From Rhodoferax sp. (GTDB lineage: Bacteria > Pseudomonadota > Gammaproteobacteria > Burkholderiales > Burkholderiaceae_C), in the NCBI GenBank assembly GCA_031418395.1, contig JANOXL010000242.1, forward strand, positions 12-64,011: 64,000 nt of DNA. Direction: 5' to 3'. The number at the start of each line of letters is the position of its first letter. The stretch's first letter is position 1. Positions 30,834 through 40,939 of the stretch are shown one piece after another. A model generated the notes under the pieces. It did not search any database. It was not told where the DNA came from and saw only the letters and a program-made list of their open reading frames with translations. Both the position numbers and the translations under genes were made by a program.

Positions 30834-31619
30834 CTATTTTCTCAACAATCGGGAAATCAAACCCCGTTTTTCGCTGCCTGCCGCTGCGTGCGCCAACAAC
30901 ACCGAGATGTTATCGCGCCCACCGTGTTCATTCGCCAGTGAAACGAGCTGTTCGGTTTTTTGATCCATCGATTGCTCACCCTCGAGAATACCCGCAATTT
31001 CCGCGTCTTCGACCATGTCTGACAGTCCGTCTGAGCACATCAGGTAGATATCACCAACCTCAACATCATATTCGTTGAGCTCAAGCAACACCGTATCGTC
31101 AACGCCAAGCGCTCGAGTGACCAAGTTTTTGTAGGAGGACGTGGCGGCTTGCTCAACAGTCAAAAGTCCAGCGTCGATCTGCTCTTGCAAGAGTGAATGA
31201 TCTCGCGTGATCTGCAAAAACTCGCTGCCCCGAAGGCGGTAACAACGGGAATCGCCAATGTGTCCGAGCATCAGCTTATCACCCTGAAAAACACCCACAA
31301 CCAGCGTTGTTCCCATGCCTGAATATTGCGCATTGGAGCTTGCCGCGTTGTAAATGGAGCGGTTTGCATTTTCTACGCAAATCTCAAGTGCCCGCCGGAT
31401 TTCCTTGGTCTTGGCATGTTTGCCGGCTTCTGTCAACCACCGTGTCATTTCAGACTTAATGAAAGCAGTCGCCATACCGCTGGCGATTTCGCCAGCGTTG
31501 TAACCGCCCATGCCGTCGGCCAAAACGGCCAAGTGCGTCGAGTCGTCATGGGCAACCGAGTCTTCGTTGTTTTCCCTGGCGCGCCCAGGATCAGTTTTCG
31601 TGAAAAACGTATAGATCAT
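30834..31619 (-). CDS. PP2C-family Ser/Thr phosphatase
   Basis: RENNEDS, LADGMGG and MCSDGLSD metal-binding motifs. Confidence 0.9.
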   Translation of the reverse strand: MIYTFFTKTDPGRARENNEDSVAHDDSTHLAVLADGMGGYNAGEIASGMATAFIKSEMTRWLTEAGKHAKTKEIRRALEICVENANRSIYNAASSNAQYSGMGTTLVVGVFQGDKLMLGHIGDSRCYRLRGSEFLQITRDHSLLQEQIDAGLLTVEQAATSSYKNLVTRALGVDDTVLLELNEYDVEVGDIYLMCSDGLSDMVEDAEIAGILEGEQSMDQKTEQLVSLANEHGGRDNISVLLAHAAAGSEKRGLISRLLRK

Positions 31620-31667
31620 TGTTTGTTTTGCTTTTTCACCAATTCTTAAGCGATCAGTGTTTCCAAC

Positions 31668-34466
31668 TTAAATTTCAATGTCGCTAGACCCGGGCCGCGG
31701 GGGAGGCGTAGGCGTAGGCGTATGTACTATGGTTTTTTCAAACCCGACTTGCGGCTGCGAATCACCCGTCGCAGTGCGCGTGTGAACCGCTGTTTTTTCA
31801 AAGTCAGGCACTGACGAAGCTTTGTTGCCTGAGTTAAAGGCCACAGTTTTTTCGTTCGCCATCGACGTCGTCGGCAACGGGGAGGGGCGGGTCGCCGTGG
31901 TCGATTTGGCGAAGTCAGCGCCGCCTGGAATATTTGCCATCACTGCCCGCAGGTCCGACGCGAACTGGTCGCCGTCTTGATAACGTGTTTCAGGGCGTTT
32001 GCTCAATGACAAAGCCACAACATTCGCCAACTCCTCCGGCAAGTCAGCTCGAACAATCCGAATATCTGAGGCCTCTTCGTTGGCAATTTTGTACATCAGC
32101 TCAGCCATGGAGTCGCCGCGGAATGGCAATACCCCGGCAAGCATCTGGTACAACATCACGCCAAGTGAATAAAGATCCGAGCGCCCATCGACCTTTTTGC
32201 CCGCCAATTGCTCGGGCGACATGAAACTGGGCGTGCCCAATACCAGGCCCGTTTTGGTTTTGCTGGAATCCGTGATGCGTGCAATGCCGAAGTCAGTCAC
32301 CTTGACAGTATCGGAATCCAACTCGTACATGATGTTCGCGGGCTTGATGTCGCGATGTACTACGTTCTGCTTGTGGGCATAGGCAAGTGCTTCGGCCACT
32401 CTGGCAACGATCGACAAAACCCGGGGAACCGCCAACAAGTGTCCGTCTTTGCAAGCGTCTACCAGATCTTTGCCTTTAAGGAACTCCATGGCAATGTAGG
32501 CCAGGTCATGCTCCTCACCCGCGTCAAAAATCGTGACGATGTTCTGGTGCTGTAGCCTACCCGCTGTCTCGGCCTCGCGGAAGAAGCGCTCCCGCGCATC
32601 GACCAGCTCTTCACCGTCAAACTCCTGGCTCAAGGCCATGGTTTTTATGGCCACGACACGCCCGATTTTGGGGTCCTTGCCCAGATAAACCACACCCATG
32701 GCACCTTTGCCCAATTCTTTTTCGACCTGATAGCGGCCCAACATCGGCTTTTCAACAGCGCCACCATCCAGCAGCATGGTGCCGCCCGGGTGCGCGCCAC
32801 CACCACCCAGGATCACCGTCTCCGACAGGTTTTTCGCACGCGCCAGCTTGGTTTTGATATCTTTGTAATTCGGGTTAAAAGCCGCCATGTGTTCATACAC
32901 AGATTCGGCTTTGTTGAATTGGCGCTTGCGTTCAAAGTCCAGGGCCAGGCTGTACAAATTCCCCATGACGGCCTCTGCCATCGGCACACGGCGGAACCGG
33001 TCAAACGCCGCATCCAATTGGCCCTGGCCCTGCAACGCCAGCCCCATCATGCGGCTGGTTTCGGCAGATTCTTCGTCTGACTTGATCTTCCCCGCCTCCG
33101 TCATCAAGAAGCGCTTGGTGGTCAAGGCCAAATGCCCCAAAACCAGCAGGGCCGCCGGGAACACCAGTTTTAACCAAGTCGCCGCGCCCGCCAACAAGCC
33201 AAACTCGGCCCCCAACAAAAGCACAAACATGGTCAGGGTCACGATAGCGGCTGCGCTCGCCGACAAACGTGGCAAAGCCACAATGATGTAAGCCGCCACG
33301 ATCAAAAATGCCGCAAGCATGGCCCACACACCCCAACCGGGTTGGACGATGAAATGCTCACTCAAAATGCTGGAAGTGATGTGGGCAATTGTTTCGGCAG
33401 GCGACAGGCCTGGGTTGCCTGGCACCGGGAAGATGGTGCCTACCCCCGCCGCCGTAGCGCCAATCACGACAATTTTGTCGGCGTATTTGCTGGCCGGAAT
33501 TTTGCCGTTGAGCACGTCAAAAAATGAGTCCGTTGCAAACGCGGGCCGCCCATCCTTGCCTTTATAAAACTGCGGCAGCATCATGGCGGACTCATCGGTT
33601 TTAACGCGCAGTTTGCCGATTTGAACCGATTCCCCGGCATTGAGCTTGACATCGCCGGGCGCCAAATTCAGGCTCTTGATTGAGGCCAACAAGGCCATCG
33701 ACGGTATTGCTTTGCCATAATAGTTCACCAGCATCGGCTCTTGGCGCACTGCACCATCCACATCCTGAAACTGGTTTAAATGCCCAATTCCTGCCGCAGC
33801 GGTGCCAATACCTTCAATGGGTTGCTGCCCTTTGATGGCCGGTAAAGAGAATCCTCCGTTTTCGTCGATGGCGCTCTTCAGCACGTAAGCGGGCAGCGGG
33901 TTGTCGGGTCGTCCTTGGGGCTCACCAATCGAAAATACCGACGGAATCAGCACGTTGCCGGCTTTTTTCATGCTGTCGGCCAAGATGGCATCCGAATCCA
34001 GCGCCAACTCCGCCTCGCTGATAATTTTTTCCAGCCGATCGTTCGTAGAAGCCTGCGCGGCACTTTCATTGGACGGCGGCGCGCCGGCCGGCTTGGTCAA
34101 GACGCGGCGCATCTGGCGGATGAAGTCCAGCCCCCTATCTACCTGCGGCTCAAAGAAGAAAACGGTGTGAACGATGGTTTTGGTTTTGGCCGCAGCCAGT
34201 TGGTCGATCAACTTGGCGTGGACGTCCCGCGGCCAGGGCCAGCGGCCAATATTGGCAATACTCTGATCGTCAATGGCGATCACCGCGATGCGGTCTGACG
34301 GCTGGCGGTTGCTGCTGGTGCTGGCAAAGTCATAAAACCGTCGCTCCAACGTGCCAAAAAAGTCTGTGGTGTAGTTGAACAGTACCACGGCCAGCACCAC
34401 CAACAGGCCGACAAACCAGTCGGCCCGCCAAAACGGTCCTTTGCCCGAAAATGATATTTTTGCCAC
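31668..34466 (-). CDS. CHASE2-domain Ser/Thr protein kinase (sensor N-terminal, TPR-like linker, Hanks kinase C-terminal, Thr-rich tail)
   Basis: CHASE2-type N-terminus (IAVIAIDDQSIANIGRWPWPR), TM segments, and kinase motifs VAIK, HRDIKPANI, DFGIA and GTPSFMSPEQ. Confidence 0.88.
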   Translation of the reverse strand: MAKISFSGKGPFWRADWFVGLLVVLAVVLFNYTTDFFGTLERRFYDFASTSSNRQPSDRIAVIAIDDQSIANIGRWPWPRDVHAKLIDQLAAAKTKTIVHTVFFFEPQVDRGLDFIRQMRRVLTKPAGAPPSNESAAQASTNDRLEKIISEAELALDSDAILADSMKKAGNVLIPSVFSIGEPQGRPDNPLPAYVLKSAIDENGGFSLPAIKGQQPIEGIGTAAAGIGHLNQFQDVDGAVRQEPMLVNYYGKAIPSMALLASIKSLNLAPGDVKLNAGESVQIGKLRVKTDESAMMLPQFYKGKDGRPAFATDSFFDVLNGKIPASKYADKIVVIGATAAGVGTIFPVPGNPGLSPAETIAHITSSILSEHFIVQPGWGVWAMLAAFLIVAAYIIVALPRLSASAAAIVTLTMFVLLLGAEFGLLAGAATWLKLVFPAALLVLGHLALTTKRFLMTEAGKIKSDEESAETSRMMGLALQGQGQLDAAFDRFRRVPMAEAVMGNLYSLALDFERKRQFNKAESVYEHMAAFNPNYKDIKTKLARAKNLSETVILGGGGAHPGGTMLLDGGAVEKPMLGRYQVEKELGKGAMGVVYLGKDPKIGRVVAIKTMALSQEFDGEELVDARERFFREAETAGRLQHQNIVTIFDAGEEHDLAYIAMEFLKGKDLVDACKDGHLLAVPRVLSIVARVAEALAYAHKQNVVHRDIKPANIMYELDSDTVKVTDFGIARITDSSKTKTGLVLGTPSFMSPEQLAGKKVDGRSDLYSLGVMLYQMLAGVLPFRGDSMAELMYKIANEEASDIRIVRADLPEELANVVALSLSKRPETRYQDGDQFASDLRAVMANIPGGADFAKSTTATRPSPLPTTSMANEKTVAFNSGNKASSVPDFEKTAVHTRTATGDSQPQVGFEKTIVHTPTPTPPPRPGSSDIEI

Positions 34467-34665
34467 GTCTTGCCTATTCTGTAATCACCGCCCTACCCGG
34501 AGTCGGCAAAAAACACCCGTCGGCCAAGCCAACGGGCGCACCGCAGACTTGCGACGTTAGCAGACCACGCTCCAACCGACAAGGGACTTGTGCGCATCCG
34601 CTTGTCGTTTTTTTGCCATTGGGCTGGAAGCAATAGGCTGAAACGCCGCCTTGGTGCGTGTTCGC

Positions 34666-35370
34666 TCAGGCGCTGTTGGCTTTGGTTTTGGCGCGTTTAG
34701 CGAGCGCCTTGCCCGCTACCACAACAAACACCGCGCACGCGATTTTCAAGCCATACGCCAGCGTTTTGCTATCGCCAAAAATGTGCGCCAAGCCTGGGTC
34801 GTGTGAAATGGCGTCGCCCGCAACCCAGCCAATCAAGGCCGCGCCCAGCACAATAATGACGGGGAAGCGCTCCATCAACTGAATCATGATTTTGGAGCCA
34901 AAAATCACCATCGGAATACTGATCGCCAGGCCCATCACCAAAAGCGCGTAGTTGATAACCCCGTCAATCTTCGCGGCCAAGGCAACGGCAATGACGTTAT
35001 CCAAACTCATGACCAAGTCGGCGATCAGGATGGTGCGGATGGCAGCCCCGAAACTCACCGTTTTGACTTCGCCGTCATGACCGCCTTCATCCTCGTCCAT
35101 CAACAGTTGCACGCCAATCCAAAGCAACAGCAAGCCACCCACCAATTGCACATATTCCCATTGCAGCAAATAGGCTGCGATGAAGGTCAAAACGATACGC
35201 AACACCACGGCGCCAGCCGAGCCCCACAAAATTGCATGTTTTTGTTGCACCGGCGGCAAAGAGCGCGCCGCCAGCGCGATAACGACCGCGTTGTCACCCG
35301 ATAGGATGATGTTGATCCAGATGATTTGCCCCAAGGCCAACCAAAAAACGGGGGTTAGAAGGATTTCCAT
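34666..35370 (-). CDS. TerC-family integral membrane protein, second paralog (no riboswitch seen)
   Basis: LSGDNAVVIALAAR and LDNVIAVALAA repeat units. 234 aa. Confidence 0.85.
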   Translation of the reverse strand: MEILLTPVFWLALGQIIWINIILSGDNAVVIALAARSLPPVQQKHAILWGSAGAVVLRIVLTFIAAYLLQWEYVQLVGGLLLLWIGVQLLMDEDEGGHDGEVKTVSFGAAIRTILIADLVMSLDNVIAVALAAKIDGVINYALLVMGLAISIPMVIFGSKIMIQLMERFPVIIVLGAALIGWVAGDAISHDPGLAHIFGDSKTLAYGLKIACAVFVVVAGKALAKRAKTKANSA

Positions 35371-35563
35371 AGCGGTCTCCGGGCAGTCTTTTGTTATATT
35401 TCGCTACAATAATAGTAGCGTTTTACGCTTTAAACCCGGGGCTTGCAGCTTGTTTTTTCTTAAATCAAGGCGCAAATCTCGGACTCGCAGTGTAACTGCG
35501 GCCCAGGTGCGTCTGATTAAGTGATTTTGCGTACCGCCCGTTGGACGGCACAGCGCCTGATGT

Positions 35564-36457
35564 TCAGATCAGCGCTTTGAGCAGCTTCGCCATTTCCGAC
35601 GGGTTGCGGGTCACTTTGAAGCCGCACTCCTCCATCACGGCCAGTTTGGCGTCTGCCGTGTCCGCGCCGCCGCTGATCAAGGCCCCGGCATGGCCCATGC
35701 GTTTGCCTGCAGGCGCTGTTACACCAGCGATAAAGCCCACGATGGGTTTCTTCATGTTGGCCTTGCACCAGCGGGCCGCGTCGGCCTCGTCAGGGCCACC
35801 GATTTCACCGATCATGATGACGGCGTCGGTGTCCGGGTCGTCATTGAAAGCCTTCATGACGTCGATGTGTTTGAGGCCATTGATCGGGTCGCCGCCAATG
35901 CCGACTGCGCTCGATTGGCCCAGACCGATGTCTGTCAACTGTGCGACCGCTTCATAAGTCAAGGTGCCAGAGCGGCTGACCACACCAATGCGGCCCTTGC
36001 GGTGGATGTGGCCGGGCATGATGCCGATTTTGATTTCGTCTGGCGTGATGAGCCCTGGGCAATTCGGCCCCAAAAGCAGGGTTTTTTTGCCGCCCGCGGC
36101 TTCTTTGGCGCGCATTTTGTTGCGAATCTCCAGCATGTCGCGCACGGGAATACCTTCGGTGATACAGATTGCCAAGTCCAGGTCAGCTTCTACGGCCTCC
36201 CATATCGCGGCAGCCGCACCGGCTGGCGGCACATAAATCACGCTGACCGTAGCGCCAGTTTGCGACGCTGCTTCTTTGACCGTGGCGAAGATTGGGATGT
36301 CAAAAATCCGCTCGCCTGATTTTTTGGGGTTCACGCCCGCGACGAAGCAATTCTTCCCGTTGGCGTATTCCTGGCATTTTTCAGTGTGGAACTGGCCGGT
36401 CTTGCCGGTAATGCCTTGGGTGATGACGCGTGTGTTTTTATTGATGTAGATGGACAT
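35564..36457 (-). CDS. sucD: Succinate--CoA ligase subunit alpha
   Basis: VITQGITGKTG, SRSGTLTYE and active-site GHAGA. Confidence 0.95.
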   Translation of the reverse strand: MSIYINKNTRVITQGITGKTGQFHTEKCQEYANGKNCFVAGVNPKKSGERIFDIPIFATVKEAASQTGATVSVIYVPPAGAAAAIWEAVEADLDLAICITEGIPVRDMLEIRNKMRAKEAAGGKKTLLLGPNCPGLITPDEIKIGIMPGHIHRKGRIGVVSRSGTLTYEAVAQLTDIGLGQSSAVGIGGDPINGLKHIDVMKAFNDDPDTDAVIMIGEIGGPDEADAARWCKANMKKPIVGFIAGVTAPAGKRMGHAGALISGGADTADAKLAVMEECGFKVTRNPSEMAKLLKALI

Positions 36458-36493
36458 GGCGATGTTCCTGCGGTGTTCCGGCGGTGACCCTGG

Positions 36494-37657
36494 TTAAGCA
36501 GCGATGGACGCCACGACTTTTTTCGCCGCATCGGCCATGGTGTCGGCGCTGATGATGGGCAGGCCTGACTCGGCCAGCATTTTATTGCCCAGCTCTTCAT
36601 TGGTGCCCTTCATACGCACCACCAGTGGCACACTCAAATTGGTGGCTTTACAAGCGGTGATGATGCCGGTGGCAATCGTGTCGCATTTCATGATGCCGCC
36701 GAAGATATTGACCAAAATGGCCTTGACCTTCTTGTTTTTCAGCATGATCTTGAAGGCTTCAGTGACTTTTTCTGGCGTTGCGCCACCGCCCACGTCCAGG
36801 AAGTTGGCTGGTTCCGCGCCGAAGAGCTTGATGGTGTCCATCGTCGCCATGGCCAGGCCTGCGCCGTTGACCAGGCAGCCGATATTGCCGTCCAGGCTGA
36901 TGTAGGCCAGGTCAAACTTGCTGGCTTCGATCTCGGCCGGATCTTCTTCGTCCAGATCACGCAGGGCCACAATTTCCGGATGGCGGAACAGCGCGTTGGC
37001 GTCGAAATTGAATTTGGCGTCCAGCGCCTTGATGCCACCGCCGCCTTCGAGAATCAGGGGGTTGATCTCGACCAGCGAGGCGTCGGTCTCCATATAGACC
37101 TTGTACAGTTTTTGCAACACGTCCACGCACTGCGCGGTGGAGGCCGCAGGCACGCCAATCGCGTCGGCCAGCTTTTTGCCTTGCGCTGCTGTCAGGCCCA
37201 AGGCCGGGTCGACGATTTCGGTGATGATTTTCTCGGGGGTGTCGTGCGCCACGCCTTCGATGTCCATGCCGCCTTCGGACGACACGATAAACGCCACCCG
37301 CTGCGTGGCGCGGTCGGTCACCGCTGAGACGTAGTACTCTTTTTTGATGTCGGCGCCGTCTTCGATCAACAAACGCCGTACTTTTTGCCCTAAAGGCCCG
37401 GTTTGGTGCGTCACAAGCTGCATGCCAAGGGTTTCACCGGCGAGCTTTTTGACCTCGTCAATCGAACGCGCCAGTTTCACGCCGCCGCCTTTGCCGCGCC
37501 CGCCCGCATGGATTTGCGCCTTGACGACCCACACGGGACCGCCGAGTTTTTGCGCCGCTTCGACAGCCTCTTGCACGGTGAACGCCGCAATGCCACGTGG
37601 CACCGGTATGGCGAATTGGCGCAAGATGTCCTTGCCTTGGTATTCGTGAATTTTCAT
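36494..37657 (-). CDS. sucC: Succinate--CoA ligase (ADP-forming) subunit beta
   Basis: [15 protein letters not shown] start and ATP-grasp blocks. 387 aa after trimming the 15-codon extension in the ORF track. Confidence 0.95.
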   Translation of the reverse strand: MKIHEYQGKDILRQFAIPVPRGIAAFTVQEAVEAAQKLGGPVWVVKAQIHAGGRGKGGGVKLARSIDEVKKLAGETLGMQLVTHQTGPLGQKVRRLLIEDGADIKKEYYVSAVTDRATQRVAFIVSSEGGMDIEGVAHDTPEKIITEIVDPALGLTAAQGKKLADAIGVPAASTAQCVDVLQKLYKVYMETDASLVEINPLILEGGGGIKALDAKFNFDANALFRHPEIVALRDLDEEDPAEIEASKFDLAYISLDGNIGCLVNGAGLAMATMDTIKLFGAEPANFLDVGGGATPEKVTEAFKIMLKNKKVKAILVNIFGGIMKCDTIATGIITACKATNLSVPLVVRMKGTNEELGNKMLAESGLPIISADTMADAAKKVVASIAA

Positions 37658-37830
37658 GAGGTTCTTCTCAGATTGACTAAGAGTGCCCAATGGGGCGACC
37701 ACTGATGGGCTGACAAACCAGTATCAAACCCATGCAAAATCGTCATTGAACAACGCAGCGCTGAAATGTATCATGTTGCGATGCACCATCTTTGAGTGCC
37801 ATTTGCCCGGAAAGTACCAGAAAGCGCGCC

Positions 37831-38769
37831 ATGCCCAAGATATTTATTGACGGAGAAGCCGGCACCACGGGATTGCAGATCCGCGAGCGCTTGGTGAAGT
37901 TGCCCGCCATCGAGGTGGTCTCGATAGCCCCCGAGTTGCGCAAAGACGCGGCGGCGAAACGCGCCCTGATGGCGCAGGTCGATTTGGTGGTGCTGTGTTT
38001 GCACGATGACGCGGCAATTGCGTCGGTGGCGATGATTGACGATATGGCCAAAACCAGTGGTCATGGTGACGGCATGGGCGGCCCCAAGGTCATCGACGCC
38101 TCCAGCGCCCACCGTGTTGCGCCCGGCTGGATTTACGGTTTTCCGGAAATTTCAGCAGCCCAGACCCAGGCCATCCGCAACGCGCGCCGCGTGGCCAACC
38201 CCGGCTGCTACCCCACGGGCGGCATTGCGCTGGTGCGCCCGCTGGTCGATGCCGGACTGCTGCCGGCGGACTATCCGGTGGTCATGCAGGGGTTTTCAGG
38301 CTACTCAGGTGGCGGCAGGCCCATGATCGAAACCTACGAAGTTACCAAAACCGCGCCACCTTTGGACGTCTACGGCCTGGGTCTGAACCACAAACATGTG
38401 CCGGAGTTTCACCAGTATTCAGGCCTCAAACGGCGCCCGATCTTTGTCGCCGCCGTCGGGAACTTTTACAACGGCATGATCGACCAGATTGGCCTCAATT
38501 TCGACCTGATGAAGGGTGTTTCGAGCGTCAAACAGCTTGACGAGGCGCTACGCGCGCATTACGCGGGCAGCGAGTGGGTCAAGGTGGTCGCCGCAAACGC
38601 CAATGGGCGCATGGAGGCTGAAGCCCTCAACGGCACCAACGCCTTGGAACTGAGCGTTTACGGCAACGATAGCCTGGGCCAAGCCGTGCTGGTCGCCAAA
38701 TACGACAACCTGGGCAAAGGCGCCAGTGGGGCTGCCGTACAGAACATGAAGTTAATGCTGGGGCTTTAA
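37831..38769 (+). CDS. argC: N-acetyl-gamma-glutamyl-phosphate reductase (type 2)
   Basis: [21 protein letters not shown] and catalytic NPGCYPTG. 312 aa. Confidence 0.9.
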   Translation: MPKIFIDGEAGTTGLQIRERLVKLPAIEVVSIAPELRKDAAAKRALMAQVDLVVLCLHDDAAIASVAMIDDMAKTSGHGDGMGGPKVIDASSAHRVAPGWIYGFPEISAAQTQAIRNARRVANPGCYPTGGIALVRPLVDAGLLPADYPVVMQGFSGYSGGGRPMIETYEVTKTAPPLDVYGLGLNHKHVPEFHQYSGLKRRPIFVAAVGNFYNGMIDQIGLNFDLMKGVSSVKQLDEALRAHYAGSEWVKVVAANANGRMEAEALNGTNALELSVYGNDSLGQAVLVAKYDNLGKGASGAAVQNMKLMLGL

Positions 38770-38863
38770 GCTTGGCTCTGGCCAGCCTCATGTGGCTGCG
38801 CCCGACGTCCGGTGGCACAAGTTCCCCTGGAATTCCCGCGAATATTCAGCTAGTCAGCTGAAG

Positions 38864-38906
38864 TTGCTATATTTATTATAGCTTTATCGTCAATAAGTAC
38901 GAGACC
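38864..38906 (-). repeat. AT-rich GGTCTCGTA-type intergenic repeat, copy D
   Basis: Minus strand reads GGTCTCGTActtattgacgataaAGCTAtaataaatATAGC. Lies in the convergent gap between argC and recX. Confidence 0.8.
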
Positions 38907-39124
38907 CAGGACCTTAATTTTATCTAAACCAGAGTTTCAGCGTCTTTCTTAAGGCAGATAAACCCCAATTTGGGTATGATTGACGTCCCGAGTTCAAAAT
39001 CAAACGCCTTGAACCGCTTCCAAGTCACCCCCGGGGCGCACCCACGGCAGGAGTGCCCGGGCGGCCAGAAGCCAGCGCGGCGCAATGAGGCGTAACGAGG
39101 TTGACACTCGAATTCCAAATGGCG

Positions 39125-39586
39125 TCAGTCGGCATCCTGCGGCTGGCCCTGCATCACCTTACGGATCACGTCCCCGCCAAATCCGCGTGTGGCCAGAAAT
39201 CGCATTTGTCTGCCGCGTGCAGAAGCGTCGGTGGCAAGCTCGCCAAACTTCTTTTGCCACAGGGCGCGGGCGCGCTCGAGCTCGGTCGACTGCAGCGCGG
39301 CCACGGCGTCCAGGACGACTTCGCGGCCCACGCCTTTGTTTTGCAGCTCTTGCTTGATGCGCGCGGCGCCGAGTTTGGCGGAACGGCGGTTCACCACCGA
39401 CTCGACTACGCGCGCCTCGCTGATGAAGCCTTTTCCCTCTAATTCGTCCAGAGTTTTGGCCAATTCGCCGGGCGCCTCTTCAAACTCGGCCAGCCTGCGC
39501 TCCAACTCGTGGCGGGAATGTTCGCGCCCACTCAAAAGCCGCAGCGCGCGGCCTTTGAGGGAAAGGTGGGAGAGTGAAAATTTCAC
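39125..39586 (-). CDS. recX: Recombination regulator RecX
   Basis: GTG start. LRLLSGREHSRHELERRL and RecX repeats. Position downstream of recA. Confidence 0.88.
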   Translation of the reverse strand: MKFSLSHLSLKGRALRLLSGREHSRHELERRLAEFEEAPGELAKTLDELEGKGFISEARVVESVVNRRSAKLGAARIKQELQNKGVGREVVLDAVAALQSTELERARALWQKKFGELATDASARGRQMRFLATRGFGGDVIRKVMQGQPQDAD

Positions 39587-39687
39587 GCCGCGGTCACGTT
39601 TTTGGTTTCGGCAATGGCCTTCAATTGCTGTGTTTTCAAATTCTAAAGCAATTTAAACAAACTTTATGCTTATTATTTAAGTGATTT

Positions 39688-39729
39688 TTACAATTATTTA
39701 ATAGCTAAATATTGAATATTAATGAGACC
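39688..39729 (-). repeat. AT-rich GGTCTC-type intergenic repeat, copy E (diverged)
   Basis: Minus strand reads attaGGTCTCATTaatattcaatatTTAGCTAttaaataattgtaa, colinear with copy A. Lies between recA and recX. Confidence 0.65.
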
Positions 39730-39756
39730 TAATATTCTAATTTTATTCATAAACAA

Positions 39757-40848
<1,092 letters not shown>

Positions 40849-40939
40849 GGAAATCTCCTTGTGAATCAGTGGGTTACGAGCTAAAAATATTGACGAAATG
40901 AGGTATTGGGTGTCGGCAATCAGTCTGCTGTTATCAACA

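Noticed and set aside
19235-34500. Pilin/signalling block as a classical genomic island or prophage.
   Set aside because: No integrase, transposase, tRNA target, flanking direct repeats or phage structural genes are visible. Only compositional deviation is seen, and that was judged by eye.
35369-35425. Possible eighth, degenerate repeat copy (GGTCTCcgggcagtcttttgttatatttcGCTACaataataGTAGCG) just upstream of the second TerC gene.
   Set aside because: Spacing between GGTCTC and GCTA is 23 nt rather than 18-20 nt, the GTA is missing, and the region is less AT-rich. It may be a relic, but I cannot support it as a family member. It would be co-oriented with neither flanking gene.
38960-39000. tRNA-like fragment (CCCCAATTTGGG hairpin and GAGTTCAAAATC T-arm-like string).
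   Set aside because: No cloverleaf can be assembled: there is no acceptor stem pairing, no 7-nt anticodon loop and no D-arm.
38924-39118. 64-aa ORF in the argC-recX gap, and other 60-110-aa ORFs in intergenic regions (e.g. 9350-9574, 9484-9693, 23852-24037, 50524-50823, 50505-50768).
   Set aside because: They have no Shine-Dalgarno context, low-complexity or Arg/Cys-rich composition, and no motifs. Several overlap promoter or terminator elements.
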